Source of the DNA: Nemertoderma westbladi
Taxonomy: Eukaryota > Animalia > Xenacoelomorpha
NCBI GenBank assembly: GCA_032718475.1
Contig: JAUCBJ010004063.1
Coordinates: 1-64,000 of the forward strand
DNA length: 64,000 bases
Direction: 5' to 3'
Shown here: positions 63,293-64,000 of the stretch, one piece after another
How positions within the stretch are numbered: the stretch's first letter is position 1
How the letters are laid out: each line of letters opens with the position of its first letter
The notes under the pieces: generated by a model
What the model was told of the DNA's origin: nothing
Seen by the model: the letters and a program-made list of their open reading frames with translations, nothing else
Databases searched by the model: none
Made by a program: the position numbers and the translations under genes

Positions 63293-63774
63293 GGCCATTT
63301 TAGGTTTATATAATATACTCCAAGCCATACTTACAAGTCTTCCTCATCTTACATACCTTGTGCGGTATTTCTGTTTTTTTAGTTTATTTCCCTGATGATG
63401 CCCCTAGTGGGAGAAATTAATTGGATTGTATAATAAAACAGATAGAGTCGGGCGTAAAGAAACTCCTTTATTTCTCAGTCAGTGCACGAAATGCATTGTC
63501 GCGCCCTGAAGCCGGCTTGCCGTTTGATTAATAACTTTAATATGATAGATGTCTGGCTATGAGTAAAATGCAATGACTTCACATATATATGTCTTAAGTC
63601 AAATGTGAATGAGCTACAAGTACGTTAAAGCACCAATATTAACATTATGTGAAGAAAACCTTTGTATTCATTCAGACTGGCCCACATTGACTATTATAGG
63701 GTCTTCTCCGTTTTTTCAGAATCAATATGCCTAAAATGATCTATGGCTATGAGTAAAGGGTAACAGTATAACAT

Positions 63775-64000
63775 AAGGGCTATCGTCCCCAACACCCCCA
63801 CTCCGTTTCTTGGGGGCTATCGTCCCCAACACCCCCACATCTTTTCTTGGGAGCTATTGTCCCCAACACCCCCACTTCTTTTCTTGGGGGCTATCGTCCC
63901 CAACACCCCCACTTCTTTTCTTGGGGGCTATCGTCCCCAACACCGCCACTTCTTTGCTTGGGGGCTATCGTCCCCAACACCCCCACTTCTTTTCTTGGGG
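63775..64000 (+). repeat. 37-bp tandem array running off the window
   Basis: Unit GGGGGCTATCGTCCCCAACACCCCCACTTCTTTTCTT with hairpin TTGGGG...CCCCAA. Confidence 0.93.

Overview
AT-rich, repeat-dense animal (probably invertebrate) genomic DNA with spliceosomal genes, not prokaryotic. Two protein-coding genes on + can be reconstructed from phase-matched GT-AG exons. The first is the 3' end of a CaMKII gene (variable linker and association/hub domain, 3550?-20207). The second is the 5' part of a SPATA18/Mieap gene (48340-57098, continuing beyond recognisable sequence). Introns and intergenic DNA hold about a dozen tandem arrays (6-127 bp units), two degenerate RTE-like LINEs, hAT-, Harbinger- and Mutator-type MITEs with readable TSDs, large foldbacks, and a palindrome carrying two divergent tRNA-like Pol III units. 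Most long ORFs in the track are artefacts of satellite periodicity. The most notable pattern: a 4.4-kb array of about 112 copies in SPATA18 intron 3 is an amplified copy of the exon end, the 5' splice site and in-frame stops. Up to three other arrays here appear to start at donor-like sites in the same way (splice-donor-seeded satellites). Protein identifications rest on recalled family sequences, not on database searches.
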